Positions 28,153 to 39,422 of a stretch of DNA of 64,000 bases are shown here, in pieces. The stretch comes from an uncultured Clostridia bacterium (GTDB lineage Bacteria; Bacillota; Clostridia; Christensenellales; UBA1242). The stretch lies in contig CALWTL010000002.1 in the NCBI GenBank assembly GCA_944384445.1, positions 3,087-67,086 of the forward strand, in the 5' to 3' direction. Position 1 is the stretch's first letter; each line of letters opens with the position of its first letter. Both the position numbers and the translations under genes were made by a program. The notes under the pieces were generated by a model that saw only the letters and a list, made by a program, of their open reading frames with translations, made no database searches and was not told the DNA's origin.

Positions 28153-29418
28153 ATGTTAGAAAATTTTATTATGGAAAAAGCAAAGGCTCATGAATTGTCT
28201 TTGGAAAATTATTATGAAATAGTTGATTATATGTTGAAACATGGTGCGGACATATCTATAACAAAAATGTTTTTAGCACTTGACTCATTCGGCATGAGTA
28301 AAAAGGAAGTTTTACATTTAGCGCTTGCTTTGCGTGATAGTGGTAAAGTAATAAAATATAATCAACCGATTTTTGAAAAACATTCAACAGGTGGAATAGG
28401 AGATAGTTCAAGTTTGGTTTTAATTCCTTTACTTGCAAGTTTGGGTTATAAAATAATCAAAACGACAGCAAAGTCATTAGTTTTTACAAATGGTGGTACT
28501 GATAGATTTAAAGCAATTCCAAATTTTAAAGTAAAATTTTCAGATGATGAAATTAAAAATATATTAGATAAAACTAATGCCTGTGTCCTATCTCATAACG
28601 GAGATATGTGTCCTGCTGACAGAATTTTGTTTGATATTATTGAAAAAAATGGTTTGGAAAGAAATTTAAATTTTATAGCTGCATCAATAGCTGCTAAAAA
28701 ATTAGCTAGTGGAGCAAAACTTGTCCTAGTAGATGTAAAATATGGTCAAGCTTCGCTTATAAATTCATATTTTAAAGCAAAAAAAATAGCTAAAATATTA
28801 AAATATATATTTTCAAAATGTAATGTACGTTCTATTTTTGTCATTACTAATACGGTACAAACTTTTGGTGAAGGAATTGGTAATGCGTTAGAAGTTGTAG
28901 ATGCCTTAAATGTTTTGCAAGGGAAAAAATGCATGTTGAGAGATGTTGTGTGCAGATTTGCTGTTGAAATGATTACTACTGCTAACCCTAAAATAAATAG
29001 AAAAGATGCTTATGATATGCTACATATTGCATTAGACAATGGTAGTGCATATAACAAATTTATGGAATTGGTACACTACCAAGGTGGAGATGAAAAAATA
29101 TTAAAAGAAGCAAAATTATTTCAACCACATAAATCAATTAATTTTATAGCAGATAAAAATGGATATATTGGAACCATTAATTCACTTTTATTAGGAGAAT
29201 TAATACGTCGACTATGTGTAAAATCGCACGATAATAATATAGGTGTGATATTGAGAGTTAAAATTGGAGATTATGTAAAAAAAGGTGATATAATATTATC
29301 ATATTATTATAAAGATGATGATGATTTAAACAAATATAAAAAGGCAATTCTTGGTTGCATCGGAGTGACAGACACAAAAATAAGACCTGTATATCCTATA
29401 AAAAAGGTGATAAGATAA
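28153..29418 (+). CDS. pdp: pyrimidine-nucleoside (thymidine) phosphorylase
   Basis: 421 aa with the KHSTGGIGD phosphate-binding motif, the glycosyltransferase family 3 layout and the C-terminal PYNP domain. AAGGTGGG RBS. Confidence 0.85.
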   Translation: MLENFIMEKAKAHELSLENYYEIVDYMLKHGADISITKMFLALDSFGMSKKEVLHLALALRDSGKVIKYNQPIFEKHSTGGIGDSSSLVLIPLLASLGYKIIKTTAKSLVFTNGGTDRFKAIPNFKVKFSDDEIKNILDKTNACVLSHNGDMCPADRILFDIIEKNGLERNLNFIAASIAAKKLASGAKLVLVDVKYGQASLINSYFKAKKIAKILKYIFSKCNVRSIFVITNTVQTFGEGIGNALEVVDALNVLQGKKCMLRDVVCRFAVEMITTANPKINRKDAYDMLHIALDNGSAYNKFMELVHYQGGDEKILKEAKLFQPHKSINFIADKNGYIGTINSLLLGELIRRLCVKSHDNNIGVILRVKIGDYVKKGDIILSYYYKDDDDLNKYKKAILGCIGVTDTKIRPVYPIKKVIR

Positions 29419-29831
29419 TGAAATATATTGTAAAATCAAAAGATGATACCAAATCATTGGCAAAAAAATTTGCTAAATCTTTAAAAAAAGGAGATGTTGT
29501 CTGTTTGAATGGTAATTTAGGTGCAGGGAAAACTACATTTACTCAATATGTTTTTTATTATCTTGGAGTAAAAGAACAGGTGAATAGTCCAACATTTTCA
29601 ATTTTAAAAATTTATAAAGGCACAGATTTTATATTAAATCATTTTGACACATATAGAATAGGAGAAGAAGAAGCAATAGAAGCTGGATTTGATGAAATAT
29701 TAGATAATAAAGAGAATATTTCATTTATAGAATGGGGAGAAAATATTATATCGCTTTTACCATCAAACAGAATAGAAGTTAATATAAAAATAATAGATGA
29801 AAATACAAGGGAATTTGAAATAAAGAGATGA
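29418..29831 (+). CDS. tsaE: tRNA t6A37 biosynthesis ATPase TsaE
   Basis: LNGNLGAGKTTFTQ P-loop, NSPTFSI and HFDTYR motifs. ATG 29418 overlaps the pdp TAA (TAATG). Confidence 0.85.
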   Translation: MKYIVKSKDDTKSLAKKFAKSLKKGDVVCLNGNLGAGKTTFTQYVFYYLGVKEQVNSPTFSILKIYKGTDFILNHFDTYRIGEEEAIEAGFDEILDNKENISFIEWGENIISLLPSNRIEVNIKIIDENTREFEIKR

Positions 29832-30874
29832 ATAAGTTAATTATTAATACTGCTAATGATGAATTGGAAATTGTCTTGAGCGTACAGGACGAAATTTTTC
29901 ACAAGACCGAAAAATCTAAATTGCATCATAATGAAACAATGCTTCCTTTGTTGGATAAGATGTTAAAAGATAATAAAGTGACACTAAAAGATATTGATGA
30001 ATTTGGTGTGGTTATTGGTCCTGGTTCATTTACAGGGATTCGTGTTGGAATAGCAACCATAAAAGCTTTTCGTGATTGTCTAAATATTAAAGCAAAAGGT
30101 ATAAATAATTTAGATTATTTGTATAATCTTGCTAAAAAACAAAATGATAATATAGATATAGTTGCAATAAAGGGTAGTAAAAATAGTTATTTTGTTGCCA
30201 GATTTATTAATGGTGTTGTGTTTAAATATGAACGTAATTTATCTTTTGATGAATTGATTGAAATCTCTCAAAATAAAGAAATAGGAATGTTTGAAAAAGA
30301 TGAAAATCTTAATTGTTTCGTTGTAAAAACTGATGCAAAAGTATTATTAAATTATTTGCAATTGTCTGAAGATTATAATTTAGTTCCAATATATTATCAA
30401 TTATCACAAGCCGAAAATGAAAAATTAAAACAAAAAAATTTAAAGATTGAATTACCTGCAATTAGCGATATTGATATAATTGAGAAAATAGAAAGAGAAA
30501 GTATTCAATATAATGCGTTAAAGCGTGATGATTTTGTTAATATGTTTAATAATATAAATTATGAATTTAGAATTGCTAAATTAGATGAAGATATAGTGGG
30601 ATTTATTTTAGTTCAAATTACAGATGAGATAAATATAACTTCGATAGCAGTAAAAAAAATGTATAGAAATTTAGGTATTGCAACAAAATTGTTAAACTGG
30701 TTAACCGATTATGCAAAATCTAAAGATTTAAAAAACATTAGTTTAGAAGTTAATGCTAAAAACATTACAGCATATTTATTATATGAAAAACTAGGCTTTA
30801 AAGTAAGAAGGATAAGGAAAAAATATTATTCAGATGGAAATGACTGTTATGAAATGTTTAAAATTATTGACTAA
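29828..30874 (+). CDS. tsaB: TsaB - RimI fusion protein
   Basis: N-terminal TsaB (VVIGPGSFTGIRVGIATIKAF). The C-terminal ~140 aa is a GNAT (YRNLGIATKLL, LEVNAKNITAYLLYEKLGF) typical of RimI. Confidence 0.8.
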   Translation: MNKLIINTANDELEIVLSVQDEIFHKTEKSKLHHNETMLPLLDKMLKDNKVTLKDIDEFGVVIGPGSFTGIRVGIATIKAFRDCLNIKAKGINNLDYLYNLAKKQNDNIDIVAIKGSKNSYFVARFINGVVFKYERNLSFDELIEISQNKEIGMFEKDENLNCFVVKTDAKVLLNYLQLSEDYNLVPIYYQLSQAENEKLKQKNLKIELPAISDIDIIEKIERESIQYNALKRDDFVNMFNNINYEFRIAKLDEDIVGFILVQITDEINITSIAVKKMYRNLGIATKLLNWLTDYAKSKDLKNISLEVNAKNITAYLLYEKLGFKVRRIRKKYYSDGNDCYEMFKIID

Positions 30875-30933
30875 TATACATGTTATAAAATTTTATTAAA
30901 ATGATTGATTATAATGAAAAATTAAAAACAATA

Positions 30934-32436
30934 TCAGTTGTAGTCATCTGGCAAATCATTAAGCAATAAAAGGTTATCATCATTATTTAATAATTTAAAA
31001 TATTTTTTAGCTTCATTGAGTGTTGAAGTTAGGATTATTTTAGTTTTACTATTAACAGAACGAGCACCGTTCAATATGGCATTTTTATTATGATTTCCTA
31101 CTATGATTAAATAGTCAATAGTATTGCACATTTGACCTAATTTATAATTAATTAGGTATTCATTTTTACCTCCTTCAATGATTCCTGGTGTGACAACCAT
31201 TTTTTTATTTTTTAATTCATTTAGAACGAATAATGATTCTTTTGCGCTTGCTAAAGAGCAATTATAACTATCATCTAAAATGTTTATATGTGTTTTTATT
31301 AATTCTAACCTGTGCGGAATAAATTTTAAATTTTTCATAGCATTAATTATTGAATCAATCTCTACATTTAGTTTAATTGCTAATGCACAGGCAAGTAAAA
31401 TATTAATAACGTTATGTCTACCTAATAAATTTGTATAGACATCAAAAGATTGATTTTTTATATTTAATTTAAAATATGTTTTGAAATTACGTATTTTAAT
31501 ATTAGTTGCATATATATCAGAATGCGAGTATATTGAAACTCCTTTTTTTTGTGTAGGTTTGTTTAAGTACATGCGATAAGTATATAAATTGTCTAGATTA
31601 TACACGCATAAATCAGTGTTTAGATAATCACTTAATTCTGATTTGGCTTTGTAAACATTTTCTATATTGTGAAATGTTTCCAAATGTTGTGGCGCAACTA
31701 GAGTGATTATTCCATAATTCGCACCATATAATCTACATAATTTTTTAATATCTCCTTTTCGTCTTGCTCCGTATTCTAAAATAATAAAATCAAAATCAGA
31801 GACATTGTTTTCATTTATGAATTTTGAAATACCTAATGGTGTATTATAACTTTTTGGTGTTGCTAAAACTTTGTAGTTATTTTTTAAAAATTCAAATAAA
31901 ATATTTTTTACACTGGTTTTGCCATTGCTTCCAGTAATTGCAATTATCTTTATCTTAGAAAGTTTAATTTTATTGCTCGCCTGTTTTATATAATTATGGT
32001 TTTTAATTTTATCATAAATGTTTAAAAAGTTTGCTATGATAGGTAAAAATAACAATAAGACATTTGAAAGTGTGGTGTAATATTTTATAGGTATTAACAA
32101 AATTGATAATATTATTGATATGGTATATAATCTAATTATTTTGTTTGTGAATTTTAATGGAGTTTTAGCACTATTAAAACTAAAATGATATAAAGAACTT
32201 ATTATTAAAATAATAATATTTGAAGAAAGTAAAAATAAAAAATTTTTAAAATTTAATTGAATTATAAGTAAAATCATGCAAAAAATATAGTAAATTATAC
32301 ATTTTTTTAAAAAAAATTTAAAATATCTTGTAAAATTATAATCTCTTAATTGATAAATATGTAAATAATTTTCAATAAAAATTGAATTTGATATGAGAGT
32401 AATAAAATTTAAAATATATAAAATTATCAATGACAT
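30934..32436 (-). CDS. murF: MurF-type Mur ligase with polytopic membrane N-terminal region
   Basis: ITGSNGKTS P-loop, APQHLETF and DDSYNCS (MurF-type DDxYNAN) motifs. The first ~145 aa form 4-5 hydrophobic helices instead of the usual soluble domain 1. Confidence 0.7.
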   Translation of the reverse strand: MSLIILYILNFITLISNSIFIENYLHIYQLRDYNFTRYFKFFLKKCIIYYIFCMILLIIQLNFKNFLFLLSSNIIILIISSLYHFSFNSAKTPLKFTNKIIRLYTISIILSILLIPIKYYTTLSNVLLLFLPIIANFLNIYDKIKNHNYIKQASNKIKLSKIKIIAITGSNGKTSVKNILFEFLKNNYKVLATPKSYNTPLGISKFINENNVSDFDFIILEYGARRKGDIKKLCRLYGANYGIITLVAPQHLETFHNIENVYKAKSELSDYLNTDLCVYNLDNLYTYRMYLNKPTQKKGVSIYSHSDIYATNIKIRNFKTYFKLNIKNQSFDVYTNLLGRHNVINILLACALAIKLNVEIDSIINAMKNLKFIPHRLELIKTHINILDDSYNCSLASAKESLFVLNELKNKKMVVTPGIIEGGKNEYLINYKLGQMCNTIDYLIIVGNHNKNAILNGARSVNSKTKIILTSTLNEAKKYFKLLNNDDNLLLLNDLPDDYN

Positions 32437-33134
32437 AAGAACTCAATAATCGCATTATTAAATAATGCATTTTCATTTAAATATGCAAAATGGTCTGATT
32501 TGGTAGTAATCAACTTTGCATTATTTTTGCGTTTTATTTTCTTTGCAAAATTATATTTTGTTGCACTATCTTTTTTACCCCAGAATAAAAGCATAGGGCA
32601 ATCAAACATAATCATTTTTTTTGTGTTTGTATTTACTATGTTTTTAAAAGATTTTTTGTTAGTATCTGATAAACTAATAAATTCATCGCTGGCAACTTTT
32701 TTATATAGATATTTAAATTTGTTATGTTTTAGCAAAATTACATTATTTTCATTTTCAATCTTTTTGTACAGATTATAAGTTTTGATTCCTGCACCAGCGG
32801 TCACTACAATTTTATGAATATAAAAAAATTCTTTTAATATACATGCCACTCGGAAACCAAAACTATGGCAGATTACTATAATTGAATTGATATCATGCAA
32901 TTTCAATACATTTAATATTAAATTTGTATAATCCATTAAATTCCAAACTTCGTTGGTTGTTGATGTTGTTGGCATTGTTAAACTAATTATGCTATATTTT
33001 GCAGATAACAATTTTAATGTGGTTAAAAATGAATTTTTGTTTCCTCCCCAACCATGCAAAAATAAAATTGTTTGTTTATTTGAATTAGGCAAAAATTCAT
33101 AATCTATTATTTCTTGTTTAAAAATATAATTCAT
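32427..33134 (-). CDS. alpha/beta-fold hydrolase
   Basis: ILFLHGWGGN and the nucleophile elbow CHSFGF. Start set to ATG 33134 (MNYIFKQ), because the longer track ORF would overlap ddl. The stop overlaps the murF start. Confidence 0.7.
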   Translation of the reverse strand: MNYIFKQEIIDYEFLPNSNKQTILFLHGWGGNKNSFLTTLKLLSAKYSIISLTMPTTSTTNEVWNLMDYTNLILNVLKLHDINSIIVICHSFGFRVACILKEFFYIHKIVVTAGAGIKTYNLYKKIENENNVILLKHNKFKYLYKKVASDEFISLSDTNKKSFKNIVNTNTKKMIMFDCPMLLFWGKKDSATKYNFAKKIKRKNNAKLITTKSDHFAYLNENALFNNAIIEFLCH

Positions 33135-33183
33135 AATACTATTTATGCAAACAAAAATTTTTGTTTCATCATAAATAAAATGT

Positions 33184-34260
33184 ATGAAAAGATTATGTGT
33201 TATTTTTGGAGGTGCTAGTTGCGAACACGATATATCTATTATCACGGGAATGCAACTATGCAAGAATTTAGAGACAAAGTACAAAATAGAAAAAATATAT
33301 TTAGGTTTGGATAACAATTTTTATTTGGCAACTCATGTCGACAATATCAGTTTTTTTGAAAACAAATCAAAAATAAAGTTAAAACAAATAATATTACATG
33401 ACGGTGCAATTTATTTAAAAAATTTAGTATTCAAAAAATATTGTGATATTTTATGTGTTATAAATTGTTGTCATGGAGGAGTTGGTGAAAACGGCGATTT
33501 GAATGGTTTTTTTGCAGTAAACAAGATTCGTTCTACTGAGGCTAAAAGTTTACCTTCTCATATAGCAATGGATAAAAATTTATCAAAAACACTTTTAAAA
33601 GATATTGTACCAACTATAAAAGGAATAAAAGTTGATAAGAGAAATTATAAACTTGCAATAGATGAAATCGTCAAAAATTTTAATGGTGAATTAATTGCAA
33701 AACCTAATTCTTTGGGTTCTAGTATAGGAGTAAAAGCGGTTAATAAAAACGATTTCGTTGAGCAAATTGATGCTATATTGCAAATGGACGATTCTGCATT
33801 AATAGAAGAGAGAATAGTTAATAAAATAGAATTTAATCAAGCATGTATTTTAGACAATGATAAATTGGTATTAAGTGCAATAGAACAACCAATTTCAAAA
33901 GATGAATTTTTGTCTTTTGATGAAAAATATATTTCATCAAATAAAAATAAAGGACAGGATAGAATTATCCCAGCAAAGATTAGCAAATCATTAAAAAATA
34001 AAATAGATGATTATACAAAAAACATATATACCACATTAAATATGAATGGAATAGTAAGGATTGATTACATTTATGATATTGATAAAAAGATTTTGTATTT
34101 TAATGAGATAAATACAATTCCGGGTAGTATGGCTTTCTATTTATTTGAACCTATAGGTATAGATTACATTACATTAATAGATAAACTAATAGATAATATT
34201 ATTGATACAAAAAAATATTTATATTTTGATAGTGGGGTGCTTTCAAAAAAATTGCATTAA
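33184..34260 (+). CDS. ddl: D-alanine--D-alanine ligase
   Basis: VIFGGASCEHDISIITG N-terminus, ATP-grasp core and EINTIPGS. 358 aa. Confidence 0.9.
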   Translation: MKRLCVIFGGASCEHDISIITGMQLCKNLETKYKIEKIYLGLDNNFYLATHVDNISFFENKSKIKLKQIILHDGAIYLKNLVFKKYCDILCVINCCHGGVGENGDLNGFFAVNKIRSTEAKSLPSHIAMDKNLSKTLLKDIVPTIKGIKVDKRNYKLAIDEIVKNFNGELIAKPNSLGSSIGVKAVNKNDFVEQIDAILQMDDSALIEERIVNKIEFNQACILDNDKLVLSAIEQPISKDEFLSFDEKYISSNKNKGQDRIIPAKISKSLKNKIDDYTKNIYTTLNMNGIVRIDYIYDIDKKILYFNEINTIPGSMAFYLFEPIGIDYITLIDKLIDNIIDTKKYLYFDSGVLSKKLH

Positions 34261-34271
34261 TTATATTTTTT

Positions 34272-34280
34272 TGGTATAAT
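34272..34280 (+). promoter_or_regulatory. extended -10 element TGgTATAAT upstream of parE
   Basis: TGGTATAAT at 34272-34280, about 40 nt upstream of the AGGGGA RBS. Confidence 0.4.
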
Positions 34281-34322
34281 TAGTCCGATTGGATAAAAAC
34301 TTAATTGAAAAGGGGAAAAATC

Positions 34323-36263
34323 GTGGCTAGTTATGATTCAAAAGATTTAATTGTTTTAGAAGGCTTAGATGCTGTACGTATGCGCCCAGGTATGTATATT
34401 GGTACTACTGGACCAAAAGGTTTACATCATTTGTTGTGGGAAATAATAGATAATGCTATTGATGAAGTTGCTAATGGTTTTGGCAACAAAGTAGAAGTGA
34501 CTTTGCATAAAGATGGTACAGCTTCAGTGTTAGATAATGGTCGTGGAATACCAGTAAATCCACACCCTAAACTTAAAATGAGTGGCGTAGAAGTGGTATT
34601 CACTCAGTTGCATGCTGGTGGAAAATTTGGCGACCATAATTATAAATATTCTGGTGGACTACATGGAGTAGGTGCTTCCGTTACAAATGCATTAAGTAGA
34701 TATCTAGAGGTGACAGTATTTAAAGATGGCAAAAAATATTTTGCACGTTTTGAGTCAATTGAAAAAAACGGCAAAATACATAGCGGTGTACCTGTGGTCC
34801 ATTTAAAAGAAATTGGGAATACGACATTAAAAGGAACGTATGTACGTTTTTTGCCAGATGATAGAGTATTTAAAGATATAAATTTTGATTTTGATACCGT
34901 TTATGAAAGATTGAAGGAAACAGCTTTTTTAAACAAAGGGGTTCATATTGAACTTATTGATGAACGCACTAATAAAAAAGAAACTTTGTGCTATGAAGGT
35001 GGTATTAGAGATTATGTGACTAGTTTGACTATGGACAGAAAACCATTATTTGTTCCACCGATTTATGTTGAAAATGAAATTGAAGACACATTTGTATCCT
35101 TGGCTATTCAATATGTAGACAATTATACTGAAAGTATATTTAGTTATGTAAATAACATTCCAACACCTGAGGGTGGAACTCATGAAATAGGTTTTAAAAC
35201 TGCATTAACAAAAGTTTTAAATGATTTTGCTAAAAAACATGGATTAGTTAAAGATAAAGATATTCCTTTTATTGGAGATGATTTCAGAGAAGGATTAGTT
35301 GCTGTGCTATCAATAAAAATGAAAAATGTCCAATTTGAAGGACAAACTAAGACTAAATTAGGAAATGTTGAAGCACGTTCTAGGGTAGAAGCTGTTTGTA
35401 CACAAGGGCTTAATGAATTTTTTGCTAGCAAGAAAAATGAAAACGTTGGCAATATTATAATTGAAAAAGCAAAGGGAGCAGCACGAGTTCGTGCTGCTGC
35501 TAAGCGTGCAAAAGATTTGACACGTGCAAAAAATTCTATTGAAGGTAGTATGCTAATAGGTAAATTAGCTAACTGCACTAGTAAAAATCCAGATATCAAT
35601 GAAGTTTTCATAGTTGAAGGAGATTCGGCTGGAGGTACAGCAAAACAAGGGCGAGATAGATATTATCAAGCGATTTTACCTTTACGCGGGAAACCTTTAA
35701 ACAGCGAGAAAAAAAGGATTGACCAAGTATTAGCAAACGAAGAAATTCGAACAATTATTGGTGCAATTGGTACTGGAATTGGTGAAGACTTTAAACTTGA
35801 AAATTTGAAATATAATAAAATTATTATATTAAGTGATGCTGACCAAGATGGTATGCATATTAGGTGTATACTTCTTACTTTCTTTTTTAGATATATGCGA
35901 CCACTTATTACAAATGGAAACATCTATGTTGGTATGCCTCCATTGTACAAGGTAAAAACAAAAGATAAAGAATGGTATTGTTATACAGACGAAGAATTAG
36001 AAGCGGTCACTTCTAATGTGAAAAATTATACTTTACAAAGATATAAAGGTTTAGGGGAAATGAGTGCTGAACAGTTGTGGTCAACGACAATGGATCCAGC
36101 AAGAAGGAGCATGATTCGAGTGACGGTTGAAGATGCTGTTCAAGCAGATAAAGAAATTTCAATGTGGATGGGAGATGATGTTGGCCCGAGAAAAGACTAT
36201 ATTAATAAAAATGCAAATTTTAATAAATTAGACAATTTTGATACTAAAAAGGAGAATCAATGA
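34323..36263 (+). CDS. parE: type IIA topoisomerase subunit B (topo IV ParE-like)
   Basis: GHKL ATPase ([30 protein letters not shown]) and Toprim ([16 protein letters not shown]). GTG 34323 lies 6 nt after AGGGGA. The ParE versus GyrB call rests on the partner subunit. Confidence 0.75.
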   Translation: MASYDSKDLIVLEGLDAVRMRPGMYIGTTGPKGLHHLLWEIIDNAIDEVANGFGNKVEVTLHKDGTASVLDNGRGIPVNPHPKLKMSGVEVVFTQLHAGGKFGDHNYKYSGGLHGVGASVTNALSRYLEVTVFKDGKKYFARFESIEKNGKIHSGVPVVHLKEIGNTTLKGTYVRFLPDDRVFKDINFDFDTVYERLKETAFLNKGVHIELIDERTNKKETLCYEGGIRDYVTSLTMDRKPLFVPPIYVENEIEDTFVSLAIQYVDNYTESIFSYVNNIPTPEGGTHEIGFKTALTKVLNDFAKKHGLVKDKDIPFIGDDFREGLVAVLSIKMKNVQFEGQTKTKLGNVEARSRVEAVCTQGLNEFFASKKNENVGNIIIEKAKGAARVRAAAKRAKDLTRAKNSIEGSMLIGKLANCTSKNPDINEVFIVEGDSAGGTAKQGRDRYYQAILPLRGKPLNSEKKRIDQVLANEEIRTIIGAIGTGIGEDFKLENLKYNKIIILSDADQDGMHIRCILLTFFFRYMRPLITNGNIYVGMPPLYKVKTKDKEWYCYTDEELEAVTSNVKNYTLQRYKGLGEMSAEQLWSTTMDPARRSMIRVTVEDAVQADKEISMWMGDDVGPRKDYINKNANFNKLDNFDTKKENQ

Positions 36264-38692
36264 GTGAAGATAAAAATGTAGACGAACTTATGAATAAACC
36301 AAGGGGAAATCTATTCGAAAAAACAGTGGAAGAAGTAATGTCAACATCTATGCTTCCATATAGTGAATATGTCATAATGGATAGAGCACTTCCACGTGTA
36401 GAAGATGGTTTAAAACCTGTTCAAAGGCGTATACTTTTTGATATGCTTGAATTGGGAGTGACTCCAGACAAACCTTTTAAAAAATCAGCGCGTATTGTTG
36501 GAGATACATTAGGTAAATTTCATCCACATGGTGATTCTTCAGTGTATGGAGCGATGGTTAGAATGGCTCAAGATTTTATTATGGGAGAGCGATTAATAGA
36601 AGGACAAGGAAACTTTGGCTCTATTGATGGAGACCCAGCAGCAGCTATGCGTTATACTGAAGTTAGATTAACACCACTTGCTCTTGAATTGATGAAAGAT
36701 TTAGATAAGGATACAGTAAGTTTTAGTTTTAACTTTGATGATACAATAAAAGAACCTGATTATCTGACAGGGCGTTTCCCTAATTTGTTTGTTAATGGGG
36801 CATCTGGAATTGCAGTTGGACTTGCTACTAATATTCCTACGCACAATTTGGGTGAAATGATTGATGGTTGTATAGCATATATTGACAATCCAAATATAAA
36901 TCTTGATGAAATGCTTAAAATAATTAAAGGCCCAGATTTTCCTACTGGTGGAATGATATGTTCATCAAATGATATGAGAGAAGCATATGCTACTGGTCGC
37001 GGAAAAGTTGCTATGCGTGCAGTTTTTCATACTGAAGATGATAAAAATGGACGAACAAATATTGTTATTACTGAACTTCCTTATCAAGTAAATAAAGCAG
37101 AATTTTTAAAATCGGTAAATACTTTAAAAGAAAAAATGAAAGATGAATTGGCGGATATTTACGACATTTTAGACGAATCTGATAAAACAGGAATGCACGC
37201 TGTAATAACATTAAAAAAAGATGCAGATGTAGACAATATAATAGGCATTTTATTAAAACATACAGATATGCAATTAAATTTCAATTATAATGTGGTAGCA
37301 ATTGCAGATGGTAGTCCAAAGCAATTAGGTTTATTAGATTATTTATCATATTATATTAAATTCCAGTTAGATATAATCGTTAAAAGAACAAAATTTGATT
37401 TAGACAAAGCAAAAGCACGTGCACATATCTTAGAAGGTCTTGTGATTGCTATTCAAAATATAGATGAAGTAATAAAAATAATTAAGACTTCATCTTCAAC
37501 ATTGGACGCAAAAACGCGTTTAATAGCAAGATTTAAATTTACTGAAGTCCAAGCTCAAGCAATTTTAGATATGCGTTTAAGTAGGCTTACTAATTTAGAA
37601 ACTGTCAAATTGCAAGAAGAATTAGCTGAATTGAAAAAATTAATTGATGAGTTAACTGCAATTTTAAATAGTAGAGATTTGCAATTTGGAGTTATAAAAA
37701 AAGAGTTAAGAGAGATAAAGGACAATTATGCTACACCGAGAAAAACAAAAATAGTTAAAAGTTTTGAAAACTTTGATATTACACCAATTGAAAAATTATT
37801 AGATACAGAGTGTGCAGTAGCAGTTTCAAATGACGGTCTTAGATTGAAAACATTAGATATTAAACAAATACAAAATGCTAGCCCAAACTATAAATATGAT
37901 AATATTAATTCATTACATAAAGCAGTGGTACACACAAGTATGAATAGCAATGTATGTATATTTACAAATTTTGGTAATTACTTTAAATTAGCTGTTCGAG
38001 ATATACCAAATTCTAAGTTTATTCAAAAGGGCACACCATTTTCACAAATCACCAATGCGGAGAGCAAAGAAAAAATTGTAGGAATTTTTGATGAAAATGA
38101 ACTAAGAGAATGTCAAGAATTGATTATGATGACACAAGACGGTTATATTAAACGAGTAGAAAGCAATGAATATACTGAATTAAAGTCTGGTAGTTTAGCG
38201 TTAAAACTTAAAGATTTTGACCGAGTGCTATCTGTTCAAATAAATGACAATTTACCATCAATACTTATGGTAAGCACAGATGGAATGGCTGTAAACTTTG
38301 AATACAAAACTGCTCCAATAAATAAACGAAATAGCGGTGGTGTGATAGGTATGAACCTTAATAATAAGGAAAAAGTTATTTTTGCTAGTCAAGTAAATAC
38401 ATTGGATAGAGTATTAGTAATAACTCCTGAAGGAAATGCAAAGAAATTTAGTTTAAATGAAATACCTATTGGAGTGAGAAATAGAAAAGGATTGAAGATT
38501 ATTGCAGGTAAAGACAAAATTTTTGCTATAATTTCACCAATAGTGACAGGTGAGATTGTTTTACAAGACAAAGACAAATTATTTGCTGTAGATGTTAATG
38601 ATATCCCAATACAAACACGTACTAGTATATGTAAACCATTAATACCAAAAACAAAAATGAATTTGAAAGAAGTAGGCTTATATCTAAATTAA
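36260..38692 (+). CDS. parC: type IIA topoisomerase subunit A (topo IV ParC-like)
   Basis: [11 protein letters not shown], active-site AAMRYTE and HPHGD. I found no GyrA-box (QRRGGKG-like) at the start of the C-terminal domain. ATGA overlap with parE. Confidence 0.7.
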   Translation: MSEDKNVDELMNKPRGNLFEKTVEEVMSTSMLPYSEYVIMDRALPRVEDGLKPVQRRILFDMLELGVTPDKPFKKSARIVGDTLGKFHPHGDSSVYGAMVRMAQDFIMGERLIEGQGNFGSIDGDPAAAMRYTEVRLTPLALELMKDLDKDTVSFSFNFDDTIKEPDYLTGRFPNLFVNGASGIAVGLATNIPTHNLGEMIDGCIAYIDNPNINLDEMLKIIKGPDFPTGGMICSSNDMREAYATGRGKVAMRAVFHTEDDKNGRTNIVITELPYQVNKAEFLKSVNTLKEKMKDELADIYDILDESDKTGMHAVITLKKDADVDNIIGILLKHTDMQLNFNYNVVAIADGSPKQLGLLDYLSYYIKFQLDIIVKRTKFDLDKAKARAHILEGLVIAIQNIDEVIKIIKTSSSTLDAKTRLIARFKFTEVQAQAILDMRLSRLTNLETVKLQEELAELKKLIDELTAILNSRDLQFGVIKKELREIKDNYATPRKTKIVKSFENFDITPIEKLLDTECAVAVSNDGLRLKTLDIKQIQNASPNYKYDNINSLHKAVVHTSMNSNVCIFTNFGNYFKLAVRDIPNSKFIQKGTPFSQITNAESKEKIVGIFDENELRECQELIMMTQDGYIKRVESNEYTELKSGSLALKLKDFDRVLSVQINDNLPSILMVSTDGMAVNFEYKTAPINKRNSGGVIGMNLNNKEKVIFASQVNTLDRVLVITPEGNAKKFSLNEIPIGVRNRKGLKIIAGKDKIFAIISPIVTGEIVLQDKDKLFAVDVNDIPIQTRTSICKPLIPKTKMNLKEVGLYLN

Positions 38693-38922
38693 AATAAAAA
38701 TAACAATTTATTAAATTTACTATTTTATTATTTAAAATAAAAAATTTTCAATCATAATGAAAAGAATGGAATAAATAAAATATAATTAAATATTTATATT
38801 GTAGTGAATCGAATTTTTTAATTAGATTAAGTATAATTTAAAATTTATATTACAGAATAAATATTTTTAAATTAAATTCTATAATTTGACATTTTATTCT
38901 AAATTTTAACATATTTTATAAT

Positions 38923-39279
38923 ATGGAAGTTTCTTTCCTTGAACTAAAAAGTAAACAAGTAATAAACACTGTTGATGGGAAATGCTTAGGACATATAACA
39001 GATGTTATTTTTGATGTAGTCACGGCGTGTACACTTGGATTTGTAGTTCCTCAGCCTAATCAAGGATTTTGGGGAATATTTCGAAGTAATCGAGAATTAT
39101 TCATACCATATAACTGTGTATGTAAAATAGGTGTAGATGTTATTTTAGTGGAATTATATGTTGACGAAAATCATCAATCATCAAAACAACAACAGCCTAG
39201 GGGTAGGTGTAAAACTAATGTAATTACACTAGATAATGGGAAATATTCTAATCAACAAACTGAATATGTAAAACAATAG
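38923..39279 (+). CDS. YlmC/YmxH-family sporulation protein (PRC barrel)
   Basis: FLELKSKQVINTVDGKCLGHITDVIFD....IPYNCVCKIGVDVILVE matches the YlmC/YmxH pattern, followed by an extra Q-rich tail. Confidence 0.75.
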   Translation: MEVSFLELKSKQVINTVDGKCLGHITDVIFDVVTACTLGFVVPQPNQGFWGIFRSNRELFIPYNCVCKIGVDVILVELYVDENHQSSKQQQPRGRCKTNVITLDNGKYSNQQTEYVKQ

Positions 39280-39422
39280 ATAGTGCAAATATTAAAATTG
39301 TTTTAACATTAATAGTTTTATAAAATAATTGAAGTTTTAAAAATAAAATTTATAAAAACATTATCATTTTATTTGTAAATTTTGTCGAAATGTGCAATAA
39401 TATACATTAAGGAGAAAATAAG

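Noticed and set aside
28273-28280. TTAGCACT, half of the CIRCE (HrcA) operator.
   Set aside because: It lies inside the pdp coding region, and there is no GAGTGCTAA partner 9 nt away.
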